Source: Candidatus Eiseniibacteriota bacterium
Lineage (GTDB): Bacteria > Eisenbacteria > RBG-16-71-46
Direction of reading: 5' to 3'
Assembly (NCBI GenBank): GCA_031364845.1
Contig: JANLWX010000065.1
Coordinates: 39,665 to 103,664, forward strand
Length of the DNA: 64,000 nt
A program made the position numbers and the translations under genes. Under the pieces are notes generated by a model, which did not search any database, was not told the DNA's origin, and saw only the letters and a list, made by a program, of their open reading frames with translations. Below, one piece after another: positions 39,452 to 49,091 of this stretch. The number at the start of each line of letters is the position of its first letter. The first letter of the stretch is position 1.

Positions 39452-42400
39452 TCAGCTCCGAATTCCCGTGGGTGGTGCGATTGCCTGTTCGATCATGGCG
39501 TCGAACGTGCCCGCGACCTTTGCCGCGAACTCGGACTCGATCTGATACACCTCGGTGAACTCGGCGAACGACCACCGGCCCAGCGTGCCGAGGTGATTGA
39601 CAGCCGGAATCCAATAAGTGTCCATCGTCGCCTTCTTCTCCTTGGCGTCTTCCCGGCGGTAGCCCTTGATCTCGACCACCAAATGCAGCAGGTCTTCCGC
39701 GCCATGCCCGTCGTCGACCAGCACCACAAAGTCGGGGATGTAGCGGCGCATCTCGGAGCCGTATCGGTACGGCACTTCGAGTCCGAGATTGTGATTCTTC
39801 ACGTACGCCTTCACGCGGGGGTGTGCCTCTGCCACCCGGCAGAACTCGCCTTCCCAGTCGCTGTCGAGCACCACCCAGTTCACGTGGCACCGCGCGGGAT
39901 CCGTCTGCCAGCGGTCGGCCCGCGACGTGTTGAAGCGGACGTGAGCTGTGGAGCCGATCGGGTTGTAGGAGTCGAGCACCGCCTTGATCGGACGTTCGTC
40001 CGCAAACGCCGCGGTGATCCCCGCGGTGATGCGGTTGCACGCCATGTCGGCGAGTTCCTGGTACATCATGAGGAGCGCGGGGTACGTGCCGCCACGGCAT
40101 TCAAGATGGTGTTCGAGCCACTCTCTTGTGATGCGCTTGAGCTGGCCAAACAGGTGAAGCTTGGGCGCCTCACTACCGTCGCGCCACTTGGTATACAGCA
40201 GGCGATGCGTGAGATGGAAGAGAAGGGTGGACGGGCGGACTTCGGCCAGATGCGCGAGGTCGAGATTGGCTGACTCCCCGATGAGTCCAGCGTTCAAGAC
40301 CTTTGAGGGTCCAACGACTTCTGGCGTGAGCACCAGTGTCGAGTCGTCGTTGAACTTGGCCGTCAGTCGCTCCTCGGGAAGCTCCACGCGGTAACCCGCG
40401 ACGCGGGGAAAACTAATCTCGAGTGCGTCGCGGTCTGGACGCACAGCCCTCACCTGAACCGTTTCACGTGGCGGTTGCGCGGGGGCCACGACCGGCTTTG
40501 CGGTGAAGTCGAATGGGATGCCGAAGACGTCGGCGTACTCGACATCGAAGAGGTTGTCCTCGTTGAGGTCGTACGACAGCCGCCGCAACGCTCGCCCGAT
40601 GACCTGTTCGCACAGGAGCTGGGTGCCGAAGGCGCGCACACCGAGCACGTGGGTCACGGTGTTGGCATCCCAGCCTTCGGTGAGCATGGAAACCGACACG
40701 ACACAGCGGATGGAGCCACCGAGCCGGTCCAGTTTTCCGACCGTGTTCATCGCTTCCCGGAGCAATTCTTTGTCGGTGATCGTGTCCGCTGCGTGACGAT
40801 CGCCGGTGCGAGTGATGACCTCGCTTCTGAATTGAGCGATCTCCGCAGCCGCCATGGCCCGGAAATTTTCGTCGAGTGCATCGTCAGATTCGAGCTGTGT
40901 GCTGTCGATGAGCAAGGTGTTGGGGCGCGCGAGGGGGTTGCCATGCTCATCGAAGTTGCGGAAGAGTTCGAGGCGGCCGTTTTCGAGCATCATCGAGCCA
41001 TCCTGACTCTCTCGCTGAAAGCCCGAGACGTACTCGTAGACGAGTTTGGACGTCGACGTGTTGTTGCAGACGACGATGAAGCACGGCGGCACACGAATGC
41101 CGGCATCCTGCCAAAGCTTGAACGTCTTCTCGTAGTGTCCGTAGAGCGCCGAAAGGGCTGTCAGTAATCGTACGGGAAGGTCCAGCGGGTTGAGTTCGCC
41201 CGCCTTGCCGCGTCCCTTCTTCGGCATGTCCTTGCGAATGTTCTCCCACAGATTGCGGAACATCGGCATCTCTTCGCCTGGGATGTTCTCGGCGACCGGG
41301 ACGCGTGGCAGCTTCACGATTCCGGACTCGATTGCGTCCATCAGGGAGAAGTCGCTCATCGTCCAAGGGAACAGGGTGCCCTCGGCGTACCCCGAGCCGC
41401 TCAGGAAGAACGGAGTCGCCGACAAGTCGATGACCCGCGCACCGAGTTGGCGCTTCACGATCTCGAGCCCGGAAATCCAAAGGCGGGCCGCCTCGTTGTT
41501 CTTCTCGGCTTCCTTGCGCTCGTCGCCCTTGAGCGCCTCTTCGTCTTCTTCAGGCGGCTTTTCGCGGTAGCAATGATGGGCTTCGTCGTTCAGCACGAGG
41601 ATGTTCTTCATCCCCATCAGCTCGGGCATGACTCGCTGAAGCATCTGCCCTTCGGTTTCGAGCGTGTTCAGTTCGTCGCCAACGCGGCCTTGGAGCAGCG
41701 CGCGGCCTCCCTTCGAAATTTCGATCCGTTCACGAAGCTTGAATGCATGGAAGTTCGTGATGACGATCTTCGCGCGGTTCACTTCGTCGAGCATGTCGGA
41801 GGGGATCAGTTCCCGATGGACGAAGTAGCTCTCGGGATCGTTAGGCTGGAGCACACGCAGCCGATCCTTGATGGTCAGCCCCGGCGTCACGACCAGGAAT
41901 CCCCGCGTGAATCTCTTGCTCTGCGGGTGTCGGACGGCATTGATCGTCTGCCACGCAATGAGCATCGCCATGACCGTGGTCTTGCCGGCACCCGTCGCCA
42001 GCTTGAGCGCCAGGCGCATCAACTCCGGGTTGGCGTCGCGATTGGCGTTGACGAGATGGGCGAGGAACTCATCGCCGGCCTTACCGGCATGCGGGGCAAC
42101 CTCAGTCAGCCAGATCGCGGTTTCGACAGCCTCGACCTGACAGAAAAACGGACGAATGCTGGCGAAGTCGTGATGCCGCCAGTGCTGCAACAGCCGCGCG
42201 GTCTCGGGCGTGACGTGCCAGTCGCTCGGGTTCGGCAGCATTCGCCACCGATCCACCTGCTGGCGCACCGCGTTGATGATCGCGGTGTGATCGTACTGCT
42301 GCTTTTCAGTGGAGAGCCCTTTGCCCTCGTCGAACACGATCGACGATTGCTCCGCCTTTCCCTTTCTCTTCCGCGGCTTCGGTACTGGGGAGACGAATTC

Positions 42401-42544
42401 GGCCCGTCTGCGCTTGTCGAGAATTTGGCCAGTAGGCTGGCCGTGCTCGTCCAATTCCCAGTGCCGCGACGGATAGCCGTAGGGCTCGTTGAGAACGGGC
42501 TTTTCGAAGAACGGGTCGGATGTGGGGCGGGATCCGTCGGCCAT
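39452..42544 (-). CDS. Type III-like restriction endonuclease / SF2 helicase (Res)
   Basis: 'KLATGAGKT', 'DEAHH', 'SATP', 'LTEGWD', 'EQVIGRALRR', C-terminal nuclease 'YIPDF...VEIKG'. Confidence 0.92.
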   Translation of the reverse strand: MADGSRPTSDPFFEKPVLNEPYGYPSRHWELDEHGQPTGQILDKRRRAEFVSPVPKPRKRKGKAEQSSIVFDEGKGLSTEKQQYDHTAIINAVRQQVDRWRMLPNPSDWHVTPETARLLQHWRHHDFASIRPFFCQVEAVETAIWLTEVAPHAGKAGDEFLAHLVNANRDANPELMRLALKLATGAGKTTVMAMLIAWQTINAVRHPQSKRFTRGFLVVTPGLTIKDRLRVLQPNDPESYFVHRELIPSDMLDEVNRAKIVITNFHAFKLRERIEISKGGRALLQGRVGDELNTLETEGQMLQRVMPELMGMKNILVLNDEAHHCYREKPPEEDEEALKGDERKEAEKNNEAARLWISGLEIVKRQLGARVIDLSATPFFLSGSGYAEGTLFPWTMSDFSLMDAIESGIVKLPRVPVAENIPGEEMPMFRNLWENIRKDMPKKGRGKAGELNPLDLPVRLLTALSALYGHYEKTFKLWQDAGIRVPPCFIVVCNNTSTSKLVYEYVSGFQRESQDGSMMLENGRLELFRNFDEHGNPLARPNTLLIDSTQLESDDALDENFRAMAAAEIAQFRSEVITRTGDRHAADTITDKELLREAMNTVGKLDRLGGSIRCVVSVSMLTEGWDANTVTHVLGVRAFGTQLLCEQVIGRALRRLSYDLNEDNLFDVEYADVFGIPFDFTAKPVVAPAQPPRETVQVRAVRPDRDALEISFPRVAGYRVELPEERLTAKFNDDSTLVLTPEVVGPSKVLNAGLIGESANLDLAHLAEVRPSTLLFHLTHRLLYTKWRDGSEAPKLHLFGQLKRITREWLEHHLECRGGTYPALLMMYQELADMACNRITAGITAAFADERPIKAVLDSYNPIGSTAHVRFNTSRADRWQTDPARCHVNWVVLDSDWEGEFCRVAEAHPRVKAYVKNHNLGLEVPYRYGSEMRRYIPDFVVLVDDGHGAEDLLHLVVEIKGYRREDAKEKKATMDTYWIPAVNHLGTLGRWSFAEFTEVYQIESEFAAKVAGTFDAMIEQAIAPPTGIRS

Positions 42545-42720
42545 CGCGCGAGACTATCGGGCGAAAGATGTCTTGTCACCTTCGGATGCACAGCGATTTC
42601 CGTTGCCGCGCCCGCTCGCACAGGAATAATCTTCTTCCTTCCTGATTCCGATCCGGACCTTTCATCCCACCGTCCCAGCCGGCGGCCCATGAATGTTCCG
42701 GCCCCATCCTCCCGCCGGAG

Positions 42721-45700
42721 ATGCCCCCGATGCCCTCGCCACGACGTTCGTCGCGATCACCGCTCTGCGTGCTCGCGCTGGCCACGTTCGCCACACTCCT
42801 GATGCTCGCGCCGCACGCATCGTTCGCCGCGCCCGCCAGTGTCCACGCGATCGTGAACGCGCGCATCGTTCCCGCACCCGGCCGCGTGATCGAACGCGGC
42901 ACGATCGTGATGCGCGATGGCGTGATCACCGCCGTGGGGGCGAACGTCGCGGTCCCGAAAGATGCGCGTGTGTGGGTGGGCGACAGCCTCACGGTTTACT
43001 CGGGCCTGATCGACGCATGTGTATTCGCGCCGGAAGCTCCCTCCGCGCGCGGCGCTGCCGCACCGCCGCGAGGCGCGGCACATGCGCTCGCGACCGTCCA
43101 TCCCGAAACGCGCGTCGCGGAATCGCTCGTGATGCCGGACTCGCTCGCGACGATGCGCGCCGCGGGATTTGCGATCGCCCACTTCGTGCCGCGCCGCGGA
43201 ATCGTGCGCGGGACCAGCGCGATCGTCGGGCTCTCGGATGCGGGCACCACGCGCAGCGTGGTGAAGGCCGACGCGGCACAGGTGATGTCGGTCGAGCTCG
43301 ATCCCAACGGCTATCCGGGATCGCTGCAGGGTTCGATCGCCGTCCTCCGTCAGACGTTCTCGGATGCGGGGTGGTATCGCGACGTGTGGTCTTCGTATCG
43401 CAAGGCGCAGGGCAAGCCGCGGCCCGAGTCCAACGTGTCGCTCGAAGCGCTCGCTCCTGCGATCGCGCGCACGCAGCCGGTATGGTTCCTGTCCGCCGAC
43501 ATGCTGCAGACACTGCGCATCGCGGCGATCGCGCGCGAAGCGGGGATCGATGCGTGCGTGATCGGCAACGGCGACGAGTACAAGCGCGCGGCGGCGATAG
43601 CGGCGACCGGTCTGCCGCTGGTGGTGCCGGTGCGGTTCCCGGATGCGCCCGATGTCAGCGGCCCCGATGAAGTGTCGGAAGTGACGACGGAGGAGCTGCG
43701 CCACTGGAACGCCGCGCCCGGCAATGCGGCGGCGCTCGCGAAGGCGGGAGCGCGCTTCGCGCTGACGGCACACGGACTCAAGGATCCGAAGACCTTCCGC
43801 GCGAACGTCGCGAAGGCGATCGCGCGCGGACTCGATCGTGACGTGGCGCTGGCCGCGGTCACGACCGTTCCGGCGCAGTTGCTCGGACTTTCCGATCGCA
43901 CCGGCACGCTTGCGGTGGGGAAGGCCGCGAACCTGACGGTCACTCGCGGCGGACTGTTCGATGAGAACTCGAAAGTGGTCGAGGTGTGGGTCGACGGCCG
44001 CCGTCACGAGATCGCGGGTCCCGAGCCGGTGAGCGCCAAAGGAACGTGGGATGTGGCGTGGGGCAAGCAGAATGGTCGGCTCGTCATCGCGGCGGATACG
44101 GACACGAGCATCAAGCTGGTCGTCGGCGGAGATTCGCTCAAGGCGACCGCACCGAGACTCGAAGCGAATCGCGCGCGGTTCGATGTGGCACTTGCGACCG
44201 GCAAGGCGAGCTTCGATCTGCGGGCGCGCTCGGAGCGGCTGATGGGAACGGTGAACGGCGCGGCCTCCGCGATCGGCGTGCGCTTCACCGATACGAAGAA
44301 GGCCGACGAAGCGCGCCGCAAGAACGAAGAGCTTGTGCCGCTCGCACCCGCGGTGATGGGCGATCCCGAAGCGTGGCGCGCCGCGCGTCCTGCGGCACCG
44401 CCCGTCGTGCTCGTGCGCCATGCGACGGTGTGGACCGCGGGTCCCGCGGGCACGCTCGCCGATGTGGATGTGCTGGTGACCGGCGGCAAGATCACGAAGG
44501 TCGGCAAGGGTCTGGTCGCGCCGCGGAATGCGATCGTGATCGATGGGACCGGCAAGCACGTCGCCCCCGGCATCATCGATGCGCACAGCCATTCGGCGAT
44601 CCTCGGCGGCGTCAACGAGTGCACGAACAACATCACGGCCGAGGTTCGCATCCAGGACGTGATCAATTCCGAAAGCATCAACATCTATCGCCAGCTCGCG
44701 GGCGGCACCACGATGATGCACCTGCTGCACGGTTCGTGTAATGCGATCGGCGGCCAGGCGGCGGTGATCAAGAATACGTGGGGCGATGCGCCCGATGCGC
44801 TGCGGTTCGCAGCGCCGGCGACCATCAAGTTCGCGCTCGGCGAGAATCCGAAGCAGTCGAATTATGGGTCGGAATCGTCCGATCGCTATCCCAAGAGTCG
44901 CGCCGGGGTCGAGCAATTGATCCGCAGCACGTTCTCCGCGGCCCGCGACTACGGCGCGGCCAGGCAGGAATGGTCGCGTGGCCGCCAGCCGTATCCGCCG
45001 CAGCGCGACCTGCAGAAGGAAGCGGTACTGGAAATCCTCGAGGGCAAGCGGCTGATTCACGCGCACTCGTATCGCCAGGACGAAATCCTGATGCTGATGC
45101 GGGTGGCGGAGGAGTTCGGCGTCAAAGTGCAGACGTTCCAGCACGTGCTCGAAGGCTACAAGGTCGCCGACGAGATGGCGGCACACGGCGCCGGTGCGAG
45201 CAGCTTCAGCGACTGGTGGGCCTACAAGTACGAAGTGGTCGATGCGATTCCTTACAACGGCTATCTGATGTGGGATCGCGGTGTGAACGTTTCGTTCAAC
45301 TCGGACAGCGAAGATCTCGCGCGGCGCCTCAACACGGAAGCAGCGAAGGCGGTGAAGTATGGCGGTGTGCCGCCGGAAGAGGCGATCAAGTTCGTGACGC
45401 TCAATCCCGCGAAGCAGTTGCGCATCGACGATCGCGTCGGCTCGCTCGAGCCGGGCAAGGACGCGGACTTCTCGGTCTGGAACGGCAGCCCGCTGTCGCC
45501 GTACTCGCTGTGCGAACAGACGTGGATCGAAGGCCGCAAGTACTTCGATCGCGCCGCGGATCTCGCGGGCCGCGAGGTCATGGCCCGCGAACGCGACGCC
45601 TTGATAGCGCAGGCGCGCGGGGCGAAGAAGGGAGTGGGTACCACCGGCGACAAGGCCGTCACGCCGCGATATCTCGAGGAAGACAACCACGAGCATGGCT

Positions 45701-45726
45701 GCGACGAAGTGGCGGTGGTCCAGTGA
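42721..45726 (+). CDS. Secreted double-domain amidohydrolase
   Basis: Signal peptide and two amidohydrolase barrels. Only the second has 'IDAHSH'. 'GSLEPGKDAD'. Confidence 0.85.
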   Translation: MPPMPSPRRSSRSPLCVLALATFATLLMLAPHASFAAPASVHAIVNARIVPAPGRVIERGTIVMRDGVITAVGANVAVPKDARVWVGDSLTVYSGLIDACVFAPEAPSARGAAAPPRGAAHALATVHPETRVAESLVMPDSLATMRAAGFAIAHFVPRRGIVRGTSAIVGLSDAGTTRSVVKADAAQVMSVELDPNGYPGSLQGSIAVLRQTFSDAGWYRDVWSSYRKAQGKPRPESNVSLEALAPAIARTQPVWFLSADMLQTLRIAAIAREAGIDACVIGNGDEYKRAAAIAATGLPLVVPVRFPDAPDVSGPDEVSEVTTEELRHWNAAPGNAAALAKAGARFALTAHGLKDPKTFRANVAKAIARGLDRDVALAAVTTVPAQLLGLSDRTGTLAVGKAANLTVTRGGLFDENSKVVEVWVDGRRHEIAGPEPVSAKGTWDVAWGKQNGRLVIAADTDTSIKLVVGGDSLKATAPRLEANRARFDVALATGKASFDLRARSERLMGTVNGAASAIGVRFTDTKKADEARRKNEELVPLAPAVMGDPEAWRAARPAAPPVVLVRHATVWTAGPAGTLADVDVLVTGGKITKVGKGLVAPRNAIVIDGTGKHVAPGIIDAHSHSAILGGVNECTNNITAEVRIQDVINSESINIYRQLAGGTTMMHLLHGSCNAIGGQAAVIKNTWGDAPDALRFAAPATIKFALGENPKQSNYGSESSDRYPKSRAGVEQLIRSTFSAARDYGAARQEWSRGRQPYPPQRDLQKEAVLEILEGKRLIHAHSYRQDEILMLMRVAEEFGVKVQTFQHVLEGYKVADEMAAHGAGASSFSDWWAYKYEVVDAIPYNGYLMWDRGVNVSFNSDSEDLARRLNTEAAKAVKYGGVPPEEAIKFVTLNPAKQLRIDDRVGSLEPGKDADFSVWNGSPLSPYSLCEQTWIEGRKYFDRAADLAGREVMARERDALIAQARGAKKGVGTTGDKAVTPRYLEEDNHEHGCDEVAVVQ

Positions 45727-47021
45727 GCGCGCGCATCGGAGTGTTCGCGCTCGCGTGCGGCGCCGCGCTGGCGCTCGCGGCCGCGCCCACGGCGGCCGAA
45801 ACGGTGGCACTCGTCGGTGGCACCGTCCATCCGGTGAATGCTCCCGACATCGCGAACGGCTCCGTCGTGCTGCGCGACGGAATGATCGAAGCGGTCGGCG
45901 CGGGGCTCGCCGCGCCCGCGGGCGCGCGCGTCGTCTCGTGCGCGGGCAAGCATGTCTATCCCGGTCTGATCTCCGCGAACACGGTGCTGGGCCTCACCGA
46001 GATCGGCAGTGTGCGCGGCACCCACGACGACACGGAGATCGGCGTGGTCAACCCGAACATCCGCACCGAAGTGCAGGTGAATCCCGAGAGCGAGCTGATT
46101 CCGGTCGCGCGCATGGGCGGGATCACAAGTGCGCTCGTCATGCCGCGCGGTGGAACCATCGCCGGCACGCCGGCATTGATGCACCTCGACGGCTGGACGT
46201 ACGAAGACATGACCGTGCGCGCGCCGGTGGCGTTGTTCATCCAATGGCCGGGGATGACGGCGACCACGGACGATCAAAAGAAGACACGCGACCGCGCGGT
46301 CGCCGGTATCCGCGATGTGTTCGAGGAGGCGCGCGCGTACCTCGGAGCGAAAGCCGCCGAAGGCAGCACGGGTGTGCCGCGCCACGATGGCGACATGAAG
46401 TGGGATGCGATGGGCCGGGCGCTGCGCGGCGAGATCCCGGTGATGTTCCGCGCCGCGGGCCTCAATCAACTGCGCGCAGTGCTCGCGTTCGTCGACGAGA
46501 TGAAACTCGAGCGCGTCATCCTGCTCGACGGCTGGGACGCGTGGCAGATTCCGAACGAGATCCGCGCGCGCAACATCTCGGTGATCACGAGCGGATCGCT
46601 CTCCGCGCCCGCCCGGCGCAGCGAGCCCTATGACACACGCTACGCGCTGCCCGGACGTCTGTTCGCCGCGGGGATTCCATTCTGCATCGCCGATCCCGGG
46701 GGACGTGGCGATGCGATGAACACGCGCAATCTCTCGCAGCATGCGGCAATGGCGGCGGCGTTCGGACTTCCGCGCGAAGAGGCGTTGAAGGCGGTGACGC
46801 TCTATCCGGCGCAGATCCTCGGTGTGGCGGACAAGCTCGGGACGATCGAGCCCGGCAAGAACGCAGACCTGATCGTGACCGACGGCGACCCGCTCGAGAT
46901 CACGACTCACGTGGAGCAGGTGTGGATCGCCGGGCGTTCCATTCCGATGGAGAGCAGGCAGACGCGCTTGTTCCAGAAGTACGATGGGAAGCCGCGCGGG
47001 GCGAACGCGCGGGCGCGATAG
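45723..47021 (+). CDS. Secreted amidohydrolase-family protein (likely non-catalytic partner)
   Basis: GTGA overlap and signal peptide. 'YPGLISANT' lacks HxH. 'GTIEPGKNADL'. Confidence 0.82.
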   Translation: MSARIGVFALACGAALALAAAPTAAETVALVGGTVHPVNAPDIANGSVVLRDGMIEAVGAGLAAPAGARVVSCAGKHVYPGLISANTVLGLTEIGSVRGTHDDTEIGVVNPNIRTEVQVNPESELIPVARMGGITSALVMPRGGTIAGTPALMHLDGWTYEDMTVRAPVALFIQWPGMTATTDDQKKTRDRAVAGIRDVFEEARAYLGAKAAEGSTGVPRHDGDMKWDAMGRALRGEIPVMFRAAGLNQLRAVLAFVDEMKLERVILLDGWDAWQIPNEIRARNISVITSGSLSAPARRSEPYDTRYALPGRLFAAGIPFCIADPGGRGDAMNTRNLSQHAAMAAAFGLPREEALKAVTLYPAQILGVADKLGTIEPGKNADLIVTDGDPLEITTHVEQVWIAGRSIPMESRQTRLFQKYDGKPRGANARAR

Positions 47022-47042
47022 AGATTCTTCGCCCGCTCCCAA

Positions 47043-47078
47043 ACGCAACGGCGCGGGCATGAAGCCCGCGCCGTGCGT
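47043..47078. terminator. GC-rich hairpin between convergent genes
   Basis: ACGGCGCGGGC-ATGAA-GCCCGCGCCGT, a perfect 11-bp stem (47048-47074). Confidence 0.65.
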
Positions 47079-47119
47079 CTATCGATCGCCAGTTCGGATG
47101 CCGGCGATGTCGCTGCCGA

Positions 47120-47278
47120 TCAGCCGCCGATCTCACACGAGGTCGCGCAGCTTCCGCTGCACGCGCCGCAGCACCCCGGGGGACAGTTGTCCGCCGCATT
47201 CTGCGTGTCACCCGCGAGGGCGAGTGAGCCGAGCGACAGCAATCCGAACAGCAACGAGACCATCATGGTGCGCTTCAT
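47120..47278 (-). CDS. 52-aa secreted Cys-rich peptide
   Basis: AGGAG SD. MKRTMMVSLLFGLLSLGSLALA|GDTQNAADNCPPGCCGACSGSCATSCEIGG has a signal peptide and 6 Cys in a 30-aa mature part. Confidence 0.8.
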   Translation of the reverse strand: MKRTMMVSLLFGLLSLGSLALAGDTQNAADNCPPGCCGACSGSCATSCEIGG

Positions 47279-47368
47279 GTCGTGAACTCCTGTTTCGTGT
47301 GAACGATGGACCCCGCGGCATCGAAGCCGCGCCGGGTGTTCAGCAACGAGGTGCGAGTTCACATGAAG
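47273..47368 (-). promoter_or_regulatory. Anti-SD / start-codon-sequestering hairpin (candidate translational attenuator)
   Basis: On the mRNA, CUUCAUGUGAACUC (47368-47355) pairs with GAGUUC-acg-ACAUGAAG (47289-47273), covering part of the SD and the AUG of the peptide gene. Confidence 0.7.
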
Positions 47369-47855
47369 GCGGGGCACGGCCCAGCGGGGGCGCGTGGGGC
47401 GCGAGCAGCACCGGCGATTGGAAGACGGTCGTGATCGCGCGCGGCGCCGAGGCGGCGGGCGGCGGAACGACGAGCGGTGGAACGAGTGTCGCGAGCGCGG
47501 GCAGCGCGGCCGGGGGATCGATGTGAAGCGTTGACACCACGAGCGCGTCGACCGGAGGATGCACGCACCATGCGCGATCGCCGAACGGAAGCGGATCGGG
47601 ACTCGGATCGCAGGGCAGCGGACACGTAGCCGTTTTCTGCGTCGCGCAGGCGCCGCCGGAGTTCGTACCCGACATCATGCGCGCGCAGACAGGATCGCAC
47701 GCAGCGCCGGATTCGCAGGTGGTCGATTCGGTCGTGGCGCCCGCGACGAAGTCGGCCCACGAGAACGGGCACCATTCGACCGACGGGAGCGCCGTCCACA
47801 GCGCAAGAACGAGGGCGAGCGGCGCAACGCGCCGGGGGAGCCGACGAAGCATCAT
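47340..47855 (-). CDS. DUF2946/CutF/CruR-like leader protein with C-terminal RAPP arrest motif
   Basis: 171 aa: N-terminal basic/hydrophobic export signal, 10 Cys (two CxxxC), Pro-rich linker, 'APPLGRAPPS' near the C-terminus. Confidence 0.75.
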   Translation of the reverse strand: MMLRRLPRRVAPLALVLALWTALPSVEWCPFSWADFVAGATTESTTCESGAACDPVCARMMSGTNSGGACATQKTATCPLPCDPSPDPLPFGDRAWCVHPPVDALVVSTLHIDPPAALPALATLVPPLVVPPPAASAPRAITTVFQSPVLLAPHAPPLGRAPPSCELAPRC

Positions 47856-47971
47856 GCCGGGATTGTCGGCCCGACGTACTTGTGGACGTGTTCGGGAGCG
47901 GCAAAATATCGCGACCGCCCGGATTTCGTACCGGCCGCGAATGATGCGACACCTCACCAGGGCGGACCTCA

Positions 47972-49018
47972 ATGTCTGACGGACTCCCGGTTCGCCGATC
48001 GCTCGCGCTCGATGCGTTTCGCGGCTTCGTCATGGTCGTCCTCATCGCCGACGGCTTCGGGTTGCATGAGCTGGCGAAGTATCCAGCCTACGCGTGGCTC
48101 GCGAACCAGTGCGTGCACGCGGACTGGGAAGGTGCCACGTTCTTCGACCTGATCATGCCGGCCTTCCTGTTCATCGCGGGGGCCGCGATGCCGTTTGCGC
48201 TGGCGCGCCGCAAGGACCGATTGCGTCACGTGGCGATCCGTTCGCTCAAGCTGCTGGTGCTGAGCCAGCTGCTCGTGGCCATCATGGGCCGCAAGTTTCA
48301 CTTCCAGATGGTCAACGTGCTCGCGCAACTGGCCGTCACCTACTTCGCGACCTATCTCCTGTTGCAACTCGGAATCCGCGCTCAGGTGCTTGGCGCGCTA
48401 CTTCTTCTGGCGGGCCATGGCGCGCTCTTCCACCTGTTCCCGGGCCACGACGGAGCATTCTCCAGAACCGACAACGTCGGCGCCGTGATCGACCGATGGT
48501 GGCTGGGACGCAGCTATCCCGGTTACTACACGACGATCAACTTCATCAGCGCCATTCCGAGCACGCTGTTCGGAGCATGGGCGGGGTTGCTCGTCATGAC
48601 TGAACGAAGCCGCGGGCGCAAGGTCGGCATCCTGGCGTGTGCGGCGCTGGTCGCCTTCGCGCTGGCAATCGGGCTGTCGCCGTGGGTGCCGATCGTGAAG
48701 CGTCTGTGGACGCCGTCGTTCGCTTTGTATTCGACCGGCTGGGTGCTCGTGATGTTCACGGCATTCGTCGCGTTGTTCGACGATCGCGCATCACACAAGC
48801 TGGCGTTCCCGCTGGTCGTCATCGGGATGAATCCGATCCTGGTCTATTCGATCAGCCTGCTGCTGCAAGGGGCGATCGATCGCGCGCTCGCCGTGGTCAC
48901 GCACCGGTTCGAGTGGCTAGGTCCTCCTGCGCCGATCGTTCAAGGGCTGGCGGTGCTGATGATCATCTGGTTGCTGTGCCTGTGGCTCTATCGACGCAAG
49001 ATCTTTCTCAGGCTCTGA
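47972..49018 (+). CDS. HGSNAT/DUF5009-like membrane acyltransferase
   Basis: 'ALDAFRG', 'H..W.G.TF.DLI.P.FLFI.G', 'PIVKRLWT.SF', 'G.N.I..Y'. Confidence 0.85.
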   Translation: MSDGLPVRRSLALDAFRGFVMVVLIADGFGLHELAKYPAYAWLANQCVHADWEGATFFDLIMPAFLFIAGAAMPFALARRKDRLRHVAIRSLKLLVLSQLLVAIMGRKFHFQMVNVLAQLAVTYFATYLLLQLGIRAQVLGALLLLAGHGALFHLFPGHDGAFSRTDNVGAVIDRWWLGRSYPGYYTTINFISAIPSTLFGAWAGLLVMTERSRGRKVGILACAALVAFALAIGLSPWVPIVKRLWTPSFALYSTGWVLVMFTAFVALFDDRASHKLAFPLVVIGMNPILVYSISLLLQGAIDRALAVVTHRFEWLGPPAPIVQGLAVLMIIWLLCLWLYRRKIFLRL

Positions 49019-49091
49019 GCAGAGCGTCGCGGAACCTGCCGGGCGAAACGTCTGGCTCGCCGGCTGTGGAAAGCGCACTCGATCTGTCCGA

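Larger units (their letters stand above)
32343..42600 (-). other. Defence / accessory island (~10 kb)
   Basis: Co-oriented res, mod, helicase and orphan genes with visibly lower GC and different codon usage than the flanks. No integrase or terminal repeats were seen. Boundaries are approximate. Confidence 0.65.

Noticed and set aside
47120..47278. Six-Cys peptide as a ranthipeptide/SCIFF RiPP precursor or a ThiS-like GG carrier
   Set aside because: It has a Sec-type signal peptide, there is no radical SAM or peptidase gene nearby, and it is too short for a beta-grasp fold.
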